DNA of 64,000 nt from Candidatus Falkowbacteria bacterium (GCA_037137775.1 JBAXJQ010000002.1:25095-89094); one strand, 5' to 3'; positions 46,223 through 54,824 are shown, counted from the stretch's first letter. The notes: a model not told the origin generated them from the sequence alone. Numbers and translations are program-made.

Positions 46223-47419
46223 ATGGCTGAAATCAAACCAGATATCCAAACAATCGCTAAGATAAAAGTGATTGGTGTTGGTGGAGGAGGGGGTAGCGCC
46301 ATTAATCGCATGGTGGAAAAAGGCATTAAGGGTGTTGAATTTATTGCGGTTAATACCGATATTCAGGCGCTCCATTGCAACAAAGCGAGTAAAAAAATCC
46401 ATATTGGTAAGGCCGTTACCCAAGGTTTAGGTGCGGGTATGAACCCAGAATTAGGCCGTCAGGCCGCCGAAGAGTCACAGAATGAAATTAGGGAAGCCTT
46501 GAAGGATGCCCACATGATTTTTGTAACCTGCGGTATGGGCGGCGGCACGGGCACTGGCGCTTCGCCTGTCGTGGCTGAAATCGCTCGTGATCTTGGTGCG
46601 TTAACCGTTGCTGTGGTTACTAAGCCATTTGCTTTTGAGGGTGCCCTACGGCGCAATTTGGCTGATCGTGGCTTGGTAGAATTAACTGATCGGGTAGATA
46701 CCATTATTACTATTCCCAATGATCGTATTTTTCAAGTGATTGATAAAAAAACCACCATCTTAGACGCTTTTATGGTGGCAGACGATGTTTTGTGTCAAGG
46801 TGTCCAAGGCATAGCAGAGTTAATTACTATTCCTGGTGAAATTAATGTCGACTTTGCCGATGTAAAAGCAGTAATGCAGAATGCCGGCTCCGCTTTGATG
46901 GGTATTGGTACCGCTTCGGGTGAGAATAAAGCAATTGAGGCGGCCAAAACCGCGATTAATTCACCCTTACTCGAAACCTCGATTGACGGCGCCCGTGGTA
47001 TTTTGTTTACCATTATGGGTGGTGCCAACTTAAGTATGATGGAGGTAAATGAAGCGGCTAAGATTATTACGGCCTCGGCTGACGAAGACGCCAAGATTAT
47101 TTTTGGTACGATTATTAATGAAAAAATGAAGGACGAGATTAAAATAACGGTTGTGGCAACTGGTTTTGATCGCAAGCATGCTCCAGTGCGAGCACCTGAA
47201 ACTGAGCGGTATGTTCCAAGTGCTTTTGTGACCGAACGCAATAATCAACCCGAGGAAACTGCGACCACTCCTGCTGATAATTTTTTTACTTCCAAGAAAC
47301 CTCGCGACACCGCCTTAAAAGTTGCCCAACGTGAGCCTGCTAAAAAAGTGCAGATTACCACCGAGCCTGATGATGACGAGATGGGTATTCCTGCCTTTTT
47401 GCGGAAAAAAATGATGTAA
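46223..47419 (+). CDS. ftsZ: cell division protein FtsZ
   Basis: Tubulin signature GMGGGTGTGASPVVA. C-terminal peptide DDEMGIPAFLRKK. Confidence 0.97.
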   Translation: MAEIKPDIQTIAKIKVIGVGGGGGSAINRMVEKGIKGVEFIAVNTDIQALHCNKASKKIHIGKAVTQGLGAGMNPELGRQAAEESQNEIREALKDAHMIFVTCGMGGGTGTGASPVVAEIARDLGALTVAVVTKPFAFEGALRRNLADRGLVELTDRVDTIITIPNDRIFQVIDKKTTILDAFMVADDVLCQGVQGIAELITIPGEINVDFADVKAVMQNAGSALMGIGTASGENKAIEAAKTAINSPLLETSIDGARGILFTIMGGANLSMMEVNEAAKIITASADEDAKIIFGTIINEKMKDEIKITVVATGFDRKHAPVRAPETERYVPSAFVTERNNQPEETATTPADNFFTSKKPRDTALKVAQREPAKKVQITTEPDDDEMGIPAFLRKKMM

Positions 47420-47442
47420 TTTTATCAATTTTTTAAAAATTA

Positions 47443-48159
47443 ATGCAAAACAACATGCAGAAAAAAACTCTTATTTTTTCGCTGTCCGTATTGTCACTTT
47501 TGGTGGCAGGGTCAGTGTTGGCTACTGTGACTGTACCATTTCTTACAAAGCAGCAGGCGTATAATAAAATGCGCCAGGTATTAGGTACTAGCGCATCTCA
47601 ATTAGATGCTAATCGTAAAACTGGCTCTTCTGGTTTGTATGGTTTGCTCGATGATGGTTATATTAGCACCACCACCGTAGCAGAGTCGGATGTTGTTTCT
47701 ACCACTGCCTCGGGCTTAGTCAAGATTACTGCGCTAAAAACAATACTTAAAAATACAGGACTTGCTGTTCCTGCTACAGTAAGTCAGAGAGAAAAAGATG
47801 GTATAGTCCAAGCCTTTAATAATTGGTATCAAACTTATTGTGAAGCGGTTGGCAAAACTGAATATACTAAAAGTGGTGGTGCCAGGGCTCTGTATAAAGC
47901 TCAAGCATCGACTACTGAAAGAACAAACAAAACCAAATTGGCAAATTGTGTAACTCAAAAAAATAATTGCACTAAGTCAACTGGTTTTACTGGGGAATTA
48001 TATGCAACTTTTTGCAGAATGAATTATGATAACTGTGTAGAAGAGGCAAAGCAAGCGAGAACATCTGGCTTAAGAGATAATTATAGAGATCTTGTAATTA
48101 CTCCTGTAGTTACGAATAAAATTGGCTCTTGCACTTCAAGTCCAGAAACAAAGTGGTAA
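47443..48159 (+). CDS. secreted hypothetical protein
   Basis: Signal peptide LIFSLSVLSLLVAGSVLA. Several Cys in the C-terminal half. No family recognised. Confidence 0.5.
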   Translation: MQNNMQKKTLIFSLSVLSLLVAGSVLATVTVPFLTKQQAYNKMRQVLGTSASQLDANRKTGSSGLYGLLDDGYISTTTVAESDVVSTTASGLVKITALKTILKNTGLAVPATVSQREKDGIVQAFNNWYQTYCEAVGKTEYTKSGGARALYKAQASTTERTNKTKLANCVTQKNNCTKSTGFTGELYATFCRMNYDNCVEEAKQARTSGLRDNYRDLVITPVVTNKIGSCTSSPETKW

Positions 48160-48180
48160 AAACATTTTAGTTTACAAAAT

Positions 48181-48212
48181 AAATCAGAGCCGATAATCGG
48201 CTCTGATTTTTT
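48181..48212 (+). terminator. rho-independent terminator
   Basis: AAATCAGAGCCGA / TCGGCTCTGATTT stem followed by a T-run. Confidence 0.8.
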
Positions 48213-48302
48213 ATCCACAGCTAATCATCCAAATTAACCCTTTTTTTGGATTTAAGTCAGCTACCTCGGTCTTTGTTCTAATTTTAGATAAAGTTAGAAT
48301 GC

Positions 48303-48330
48303 TTGACTTCGCTACATGTAGTGGTATAAT
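48303..48330 (+). promoter_or_regulatory. promoter of the nrdR-nrdD-nrdG operon
   Basis: TTGACT, a 16-nt spacer, then TATAAT with an extended -10 (TGGTATAAT at 48322-48330). Confidence 0.65.
48309..48324. promoter_or_regulatory. NrdR box 1 (overlaps the promoter spacer)
   Basis: tcgCTAcATgTAGtgg compared with the published NrdR-box palindrome acaCwAtATaTwGtgt (recalled from memory). The core CTACATGTAG is a perfect palindrome. Confidence 0.65.
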
Positions 48331-48341
48331 GAAATTACAGA

Positions 48342-48357
48342 ATACAAGATATAGTTT
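48342..48357. promoter_or_regulatory. NrdR box 2
   Basis: ataCaAgATaTaGttt. Its centre is about 33 bp from box 1, roughly three helical turns, as is typical of tandem NrdR boxes. Confidence 0.55.
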
Positions 48358-48522
48358 TATCGGGGAGGACCGCTTGAAACACCCAAATCAACCGCTTTTG
48401 AAGAGATTCAAAAAGTAATTTTATTTTGTGGTGTTTTTTTGTTGCCAAAAAACGATTATCGCTTCGCGGATCGGCCTAGTCAGCCATCTTGAGGCAATCA
48501 GGCAACCCTCAATTTTCAACTT

Positions 48523-48987
48523 ATGAAATGTCCTGTCTGCTACAATCCCGATACCAAGGTCATTGATTCCAGAGTGGCGAGTGATGGCTTCTCCATCCGC
48601 CGCCGCCGCGAATGCCTTAAATGCGGTTTCCGTTTTTCAACCTATGAAGAGCTGGAAATATTGGAATTGATCGTGGTTAAACGAGATGGCCGACGTGAGG
48701 CCTACAGCCGGGAAAAGATGGTGCGTGGTCTTAAGCGGGCCCTAGAAAAACGACCCATCACCGATGAAAACTTTAAAAAACTAGTCCACCTGATTGAACG
48801 AGATTTGCAGATACTGAAAAAAGATGAAGTAACGAGTGACCAGGTTGGTGTGGCGGTTATGAAGCAATTGAAGAAAATCGACAAAATCGCCTACATCCGG
48901 TTCGCTAGCGTCTATCAATCCTTCCGTGACTTAGCGGAATTCAAACGAGAATTAAACAAGCTCACTGCCGGCAAAGATAAACCCTAG
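48523..48987 (+). CDS. nrdR: transcriptional repressor NrdR
   Basis: Zn ribbon MKCPVCYNPDTKVIDSR...CLKCGFRFSTYE plus an ATP-cone. Confidence 0.95.
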   Translation: MKCPVCYNPDTKVIDSRVASDGFSIRRRRECLKCGFRFSTYEELEILELIVVKRDGRREAYSREKMVRGLKRALEKRPITDENFKKLVHLIERDLQILKKDEVTSDQVGVAVMKQLKKIDKIAYIRFASVYQSFRDLAEFKRELNKLTAGKDKP

Positions 48988-49025
48988 GCAGCAAACATTA
49001 AACAAACAGGTAATTTTGGAACCCC

Positions 49026-51089
49026 ATGCCAAACCAAGAATCAATTCAGCAACTCCGAAAGCGCTCTGGCGATATTGTGGAGTTTGATCAGAAAAAGATA
49101 GCCATCGCCATTCTCAAGGCCATGTCGGCTGTAGATGAGGCTGATGAGGCCAAAGCAGAAAAATTGTCCGAAGAAGTGGTTAAGGTGTTAAATAAAAACC
49201 ATCACCATCGTTCTATTCCAGCCGTCGAGGAACTTCAAGATATTGTCGAGGAGGTGTTAATTTCCAACCGGTTAATCAAGACCGCCAAGGCGTATATTAT
49301 TTATCGCGATCAGCATCGTCAATTACGCGAACTGAATGCCCGTATCGACGAGGAAAAATTGATGCAGGATTATCTCGGCCAAGCTGATTGGCGGCTTAAG
49401 GAAAACTCGAATATGAGTTTCTCCGTCCAAGGCCTTAATAACTACATTGCTTCTTCTGTTTCCGCCCGCTACTGGTTGAACAAGCTGTATCCCGATGAAA
49501 TTCGCAATGCTCATGTCAACGCTGATTTTCACATTCATGACCTTGGCATGCTTGCTCCGTATTGTTGCGGTTGGGATTTGAAAGACGTACTCCTAAAAGG
49601 CTTTGCCGGTGTAAGTGAAAAAGTACAAAGCAAACCACCGAAGCATTTCCGCAGTACTCTTGGTCAGATTGTGAACTTTTTGTACACCATGCAGGGTGAG
49701 GCGGCTGGGGCTCAGGCCTTTGCCAGCTTTGACACCTATCTCGCCCCCTTTATCCGCTACGATGGCCTTAACTACAGGGAGGTCAAGCAGTGCATGCAGG
49801 AGTTCATGTTTAACGTTAATGTGCCAACTCGGGTCGGTTTCCAAACCCCATTTATCAATGTGACGCTTGATGTCGTGCCTTCACCGAAAATGGGCGAGGA
49901 ATATGCAATTATCGGTGGTGAATACAAGCCAGAACAACTTAAGGATTTTCAGTTGGAAATGGACATGTTCAACCGCGCCTTTGCCGAGGTGATGATTGAG
50001 GGTGATGCCACGGGTCGTGTCTTTGCCTTCCCAATCCCAACCTATAATGTGGATAAGAATTTTAACTGGGAGAGTGAAGTGTTAAAACCAGTCTGGGAAA
50101 TGACCGCCAAGTATGGCATCCCTTATTTTTCCAACTTCATCAATTCTGACATGGATCGCGATGACGCCCGCAGTATGTGCTGTCGCTTACGCCTTGATAA
50201 TCGAGAATTACGGAAACGTGGTGGCGGGCTATTTGGCGCCAATCCATTAACGGGCAGTTTGGGTGTGGTGACCATCAACTTAGCTCGCATTGGCTATCTT
50301 GCCAAAGACAAAGAAGATTTTAAAGCGAGAATTTTACATTTAATGGATTTGGCCAAGGAAAGTTTGGAAATAAAGCGTAAAGTTGTCGAGCGGTTTTCCG
50401 AAGATGGCTTATATCCCTATTCCCGTTTCTATCTCCATGATATTTACCAACGGTTTGGTAACTACTGGCAGAATCATTTCAGCACTATCGGTATTAATGG
50501 TATGAACGAGGCTTTGCTCAACCTGACTGGCGATAACATGGCCACCGAAGCCGGACGCACTTTTGCGGTTGAGATATTAGACCTGATGCGCAACCGGTTA
50601 ATGGACTATCAGAACGAAACCAATAATTTATACAATCTCGAGGCCTCTCCGGCCGAAGGTGCTGGGTACCGCTTTGCCAAGAAAGATAAAGAGCTTTACC
50701 CAGAGATTATTGTAGCTAACGAGCAGGCAGTTAAGGAAAAGGGTGCAGATCCCTATTACACCAACTCGACGCATTTACCCGTTGGCTTTACCGATGATAT
50801 TTTTACCGCCTTGGATTTACAGGATGAACTGCAAACCAAATATACTGGCGGCACGGTACTTCACGGCTTTCTAGGTGAACGGATTAACGATGCTGAGGCA
50901 GCTAAAAAATTAGTCAGAAAGATTGCGGAAACCTACAAATTGCCATATTACACCATCACCCCGACATTCAGCATCTGTCCAACCCATGGCTATTTGACCG
51001 GCGAACACAAATTTTGTCCGAAATGCGATGAAGAAATCGGGTATGTGGAAACAGTCCGTTCCAATACCGGTAATAGCTTCGATGCTTAG
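49026..51089 (+). CDS. nrdD: anaerobic (class III) ribonucleoside-triphosphate reductase, main ORF; it ends before the glycyl-radical motif
   Basis: N-terminal ATP-cone, active-site CCRLRLD, and C-terminal Zn site CPTHGYLTGEHKFCPKC. There is no RVxGY motif before TAG 51087. Confidence 0.9.
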   Translation: MPNQESIQQLRKRSGDIVEFDQKKIAIAILKAMSAVDEADEAKAEKLSEEVVKVLNKNHHHRSIPAVEELQDIVEEVLISNRLIKTAKAYIIYRDQHRQLRELNARIDEEKLMQDYLGQADWRLKENSNMSFSVQGLNNYIASSVSARYWLNKLYPDEIRNAHVNADFHIHDLGMLAPYCCGWDLKDVLLKGFAGVSEKVQSKPPKHFRSTLGQIVNFLYTMQGEAAGAQAFASFDTYLAPFIRYDGLNYREVKQCMQEFMFNVNVPTRVGFQTPFINVTLDVVPSPKMGEEYAIIGGEYKPEQLKDFQLEMDMFNRAFAEVMIEGDATGRVFAFPIPTYNVDKNFNWESEVLKPVWEMTAKYGIPYFSNFINSDMDRDDARSMCCRLRLDNRELRKRGGGLFGANPLTGSLGVVTINLARIGYLAKDKEDFKARILHLMDLAKESLEIKRKVVERFSEDGLYPYSRFYLHDIYQRFGNYWQNHFSTIGINGMNEALLNLTGDNMATEAGRTFAVEILDLMRNRLMDYQNETNNLYNLEASPAEGAGYRFAKKDKELYPEIIVANEQAVKEKGADPYYTNSTHLPVGFTDDIFTALDLQDELQTKYTGGTVLHGFLGERINDAEAAKKLVRKIAETYKLPYYTITPTFSICPTHGYLTGEHKFCPKCDEEIGYVETVRSNTGNSFDA

Positions 51090-51173
51090 GATGTGCTATA
51101 CTATAAATAACTACTAATTATTCCTGTCCGGCCTAACCCCATGCAAACGGTGGGCAGATAGGATACAAACAAT

Positions 51174-51320
51174 ATGACCCCGATCCAACGAGAACGACAA
51201 GAATGCACTGTGTACAGCCGCGTAGTTGGCTGGATTACCCCAGTCCGCAATTGGAACAAAGGTAAGCAGAGCGAGTTCACCGACCGTAAGACCTACGATC
51301 AACAGTTGTGCAATAAATAA
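51174..51320 (+). CDS. 48-codon ORF encoding the NrdD glycyl-radical C-terminus (detached exon or separate subunit)
   Basis: MTPIQRERQECTVYSRVVGWITPVRNWNKGKQSEFTDRKTYDQQLCNK. It is in the same frame as nrdD. AGGA lies 10 nt upstream of the ATG. The ORF is below the 60-aa cut-off of the supplied track. Confidence 0.65.
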   Translation: MTPIQRERQECTVYSRVVGWITPVRNWNKGKQSEFTDRKTYDQQLCNK

Positions 51321-51366
51321 TTAGGGAGCAGGCGCTAGGCAGGGCGCACAAAATTTGCGTAAAGAA

Positions 51367-52098
51367 ATGGCTATGGAAATTGGTGGTTTAGAAAAATTGA
51401 CTTTAATAGATTATCCAGGAGAAATCGCCGCCATTATCTTTACCCAAGGTTGTAATTTTCGCTGCCACTTTTGCTATAACCCCATGCTTGTTTGGCCTAA
51501 GGAGGTCGGCGAGTTGATATATCATCGAGATCATTCCGCAATCATAGAGAATGATCTCTTTGATTTTTTGCGGGAACGGCGCAATCGTTTAGACGGCGTG
51601 GTGGTTACCGGTGGTGAGCCCACTCTTCATCCTGATTTGCCCGAATTCCTGCAAAAAATCAAGGACATTGGGTATAAAATTAAGCTGGACACCAACGGCA
51701 CTAATCCGGACATGTTAGTTAAGGTGCTGGAGGCTAAATTGGTGGACTATCTGGCCATGGATATTAAGGCGCCTCTCGATAAATATGCCAAAGTGGTTGG
51801 CGTACCGGTGAATTTGGCAGACATTCAAAAAAGCATTACAATAATAAAAGAGGGTGGCTTGCCGTATGAATTTCGAACTACCATTGTACCTGGCTGGCAT
51901 GAACCGTCGGATATTATTGGCATGGGTGAGATGATAACCGGGGCTGAAAAATGGTATTTGCAGTTTTTTAAAAGTGATACTGATTTAGTGGATCAGGAGT
52001 TGAAGCAAAAGCCGGCTTTTACTCACAAAGAAATGGAAGCAATGGCCGAGCAGGGCAAGCAATATGCTATAATTTGTCAAATAAGAGGTAATCAATAA
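51367..52098 (+). CDS. nrdG: anaerobic RNR activating enzyme (radical SAM)
   Basis: Cluster motif CNFRCHFCYN and GVVVTGGEPTL. Confidence 0.9.
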   Translation: MAMEIGGLEKLTLIDYPGEIAAIIFTQGCNFRCHFCYNPMLVWPKEVGELIYHRDHSAIIENDLFDFLRERRNRLDGVVVTGGEPTLHPDLPEFLQKIKDIGYKIKLDTNGTNPDMLVKVLEAKLVDYLAMDIKAPLDKYAKVVGVPVNLADIQKSITIIKEGGLPYEFRTTIVPGWHEPSDIIGMGEMITGAEKWYLQFFKSDTDLVDQELKQKPAFTHKEMEAMAEQGKQYAIICQIRGNQ

Positions 52099-52100
52099 AT

Positions 52101-52481
52101 ATGATCGAAGAATCAAACGTTCCCTTAAACATTCAAAAACCAGGTGAGCCCGCAGTTTTACCAGGGGACATTGTTCAAACCCCAGAACGAGTTCAGGCAC
52201 AAATTAAGGTTTTATTGGAACAAAATTTAGAGTTGACCAAAGAGATTCACGAGATGACCCATAAGATTAAGCGGTACATCACTTTTCAAAAAGTGCTTAG
52301 TTTTATCTATTTATTATTAATATTTGTGCCTTTAATTGTCGGCGCGATTTATTTACCACCGTTATTGCAAGGCATTTTAGGCCAATATAGCCAGTTAATG
52401 GGTGGGACGGGGAGCTCGGCTACTGATTTGACTGGAATATTAGAACAATTAAAGCAGGGCGGGACAGTTGTGCCAAAATAA
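52101..52481 (+). CDS. hypothetical single-pass membrane protein
   Basis: 126 codons. TM segment VLSFIYLLLIFVPLIVGAIYLPPLL. Confidence 0.5.
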   Translation: MIEESNVPLNIQKPGEPAVLPGDIVQTPERVQAQIKVLLEQNLELTKEIHEMTHKIKRYITFQKVLSFIYLLLIFVPLIVGAIYLPPLLQGILGQYSQLMGGTGSSATDLTGILEQLKQGGTVVPK

Positions 52482-52489
52482 AGATATCA

Positions 52490-52518
52490 AAGACAGCTTA
52501 AATGGCTGTCTTTTTTTA
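52490..52518 (+). terminator. rho-independent terminator
   Basis: AGACAGC...GCTGTCT stem followed by T7. It lies inside the N-terminal extension of ORF 52502, which argues for the later start of ogt. Confidence 0.75.
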
Positions 52519-52564
52519 TTGCCAAATTTTTAGTGAAGGGGGTATAATAAAATTTCAGAAAATT

Positions 52565-52927
52565 ATGTCAATATTTATCCGGCAAGTTTTATCTAAAATA
52601 AAAGAAATACCTAGAGGTAGAGTAACCACTTACGCTTTGTTGGCGCAGGCCTTGGGCCGGCCTGGTGCGGCCAGGGCAGTGGGCAACGCCTTAAATAAAA
52701 ATAGTGAAATTCCGCATATCCCGTGCCATCGGGTGGTCAAAAGTGATGGTAGTTTGGGTGGCTATGCTTTAGGCATTAATCAAAAGGTAAAATATTTGGC
52801 CAGCGAGGGTGTAAAAGTTGAAAATGGCAAAATCAAGGATTTTGCAAATAAGTTATTTCATTTTAAAGAAAAAGAGCACAATCAAGCTGGAGAAAATGGC
52901 ATAAAAACAAGTCAAAAAATTCACTGA
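52565..52927 (+). CDS. ogt: methylated-DNA--protein-cysteine methyltransferase (DNA-binding/active-site domain only)
   Basis: Active site IPCHRVV. I place the start at MSIFIRQ. Confidence 0.8.
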   Translation: MSIFIRQVLSKIKEIPRGRVTTYALLAQALGRPGAARAVGNALNKNSEIPHIPCHRVVKSDGSLGGYALGINQKVKYLASEGVKVENGKIKDFANKLFHFKEKEHNQAGENGIKTSQKIH

Positions 52928-52939
52928 TATGTGGATTTT

Positions 52940-54754
52940 TTAATTGGTGATATTTATCGGTTTGGTAGTTTGGGTTACGGCAGTTAGGCCAGTAGTTAAA
53001 TCACGGAGCTCTAATTCGAGTTGGTATTTTTTGTAGGGTTCAAAAAAACCGGTTTTTTTATCAAAAGAAATTTGTGTATTGTTAAGGCTTCCAGAAACTA
53101 AACCAAGAATAATGCTTTGTTTTTGAGCCGCTTCAGGCGATTTTATTAGTCTGATGGTTACCGTAGAACTGGCAGAAGTATTGGCAGTTTGCCAGCTGAT
53201 AGTAAATGGCGTATTTAATGAAACCTTTGTATTTTGCCAGTTGGATAATGTAATAGATGGTTTAACAAAAGGTGTACAAACGCCATATCCCTGTCCGCCT
53301 GTGTCGCATCCGGGATAGGTATTGTAGGTTTTAGAATCATAGTCTTTACCCCGGGTTTCTGTTTGCTTGACGCATTGATAATTGTTGCCAAAGGTTTTAG
53401 CGCAGTCAATTAAATTAGGGCTAATTTTTTGAGCAAGCACCTGATCCCAAATAACCATGGCTGGTCGATTGTTTTTTGGCGATTCCATCGGTTCGGTGTC
53501 ATCGGACAGGAGGCCAGTATCTTTCCAGGTTTTACCGATTGCAGGGAAGTTTTGCTTGCGTAATTTTTCCCAGGTTCGATCATAATCGCGAATGGTGTAC
53601 CAGGTAATAAATTTGGCGTTGAGTTTGTTGGCCTCGGTGAGGACAAATTTTAAATATGCAGCCTGGCTTGCTGGCTGACCAGTAAAGTTAACCACAAAGC
53701 CAAGCTTTTCGTCGTTAATATTAACATTTTCGGCAGGGTAAGCAGTCTCGGCAATGGCAAAAGGCTTGGCTGGGTCAAACGCTATCATTTTACTGAGCCA
53801 ATTAGTTGGGATGCTTTCAAAACTAGGTAGAAAAGTAAACGGGTAGGTGCTAACGGCCATGTAGTCAGAATACGGCATGAGTGAAGTAATACCTGCTGTT
53901 TGACGTCTGAACACTTCTGTATTTTTTTCATTTTCATTCGGAATGACGAACGTCAAGAATATGGGCAGATTAGGGTATTCTCGTTTTAAAACAGTATATA
54001 CTGATTGACAAAATGACTCGTAAGCAATAAATTCCTCAGGATTTGAAACGGAAAATAAATTTACCTCAACGCCATAGGCTAAATAATCAGGATGAAAGCG
54101 GCTAATCATATAACGAGCATAATTCAAATAGGCCGCCTTGACGGTTGGATCGGCAAAGGATTTGTTTTGCCAAAGTGTGCAGCGTTCACTTTCTTCATTC
54201 CAGCAACCAGCTAAATGGTTTCTAGTAAAACTAAGTGGAGTTAACTCGAGAAACACTTTTTGGTTTGGCCGTAATTGGCTAACTCTAAAATTTATATCGT
54301 TTAGTATCTCTTTGTCATATGGTATATTGTCTGAGGCTTCAGACCAGGGGATACCTTCTTCAAAATGCATGGTGATTAGGTCGGCGTGCTGGGCGATGGT
54401 TTCGTAGGTATCTAAAATCCCATCAGTAGTTAAATCGTAGGGCATGGGTTGAAATCCCATATAAAACGATCGACTAGACAAGAGAGGTGACTCGGTTGAT
54501 TTTAAACTTAACCTTTGTTCGGTTATGGCATTTACTTTGTTATAATACGCCGTTTCTTTGGCAAGTGAAAAAATAATAAGTAGTGAGCCAAGACCGACTA
54601 AAAAAATTGAGAGTGTAGCCACCCAGATTGGAATTTTTTTAGTGCGAACGTAATGAAAACAGCGCCATTGCCAAAAACGATTTTTTGATTTTTGTGATAT
54701 CATTGCTTTGTTAGAAATTTTAGTTAGTGATTTTATGTTTGACCTATTACACAA
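52940..54754 (-). CDS. membrane-anchored extracytoplasmic protein, possibly a TIM-barrel glycoside-hydrolase-like enzyme with a C-terminal Ig-like domain
   Basis: N-terminal TM IWVATLSIFLVGLGSLLIIF. Candidate catalytic Glu contexts are YGVEVNLF and FAIAETAYP. The family assignment is weak. An alternative start is Met at 54703. Confidence 0.4.
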   Translation of the reverse strand: MCNRSNIKSLTKISNKAMISQKSKNRFWQWRCFHYVRTKKIPIWVATLSIFLVGLGSLLIIFSLAKETAYYNKVNAITEQRLSLKSTESPLLSSRSFYMGFQPMPYDLTTDGILDTYETIAQHADLITMHFEEGIPWSEASDNIPYDKEILNDINFRVSQLRPNQKVFLELTPLSFTRNHLAGCWNEESERCTLWQNKSFADPTVKAAYLNYARYMISRFHPDYLAYGVEVNLFSVSNPEEFIAYESFCQSVYTVLKREYPNLPIFLTFVIPNENEKNTEVFRRQTAGITSLMPYSDYMAVSTYPFTFLPSFESIPTNWLSKMIAFDPAKPFAIAETAYPAENVNINDEKLGFVVNFTGQPASQAAYLKFVLTEANKLNAKFITWYTIRDYDRTWEKLRKQNFPAIGKTWKDTGLLSDDTEPMESPKNNRPAMVIWDQVLAQKISPNLIDCAKTFGNNYQCVKQTETRGKDYDSKTYNTYPGCDTGGQGYGVCTPFVKPSITLSNWQNTKVSLNTPFTISWQTANTSASSTVTIRLIKSPEAAQKQSIILGLVSGSLNNTQISFDKKTGFFEPYKKYQLELELRDLTTGLTAVTQTTKPINITN

Positions 54755-54824
54755 TAGTATACCATTTTTTGCTTGTTATTTACCAATCTTTTCGATATAG
54801 TATAGACATAAACAGAATTATTGT

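Noticed and set aside
48337-48522. Cobalamin riboswitch upstream of the RNR operon.
   Set aside because: I could not find the B12-box or the conserved GGTGCC / GCCACTG core strings. Only generic hairpins are present.
51114-51302. 62-codon minus-strand ORF in the nrdD-nrdG gap.
   Set aside because: It is antisense to the segment that encodes a perfect NrdD glycyl-radical motif on the plus strand. It has no recognisable features, so I treat it as a shadow ORF.
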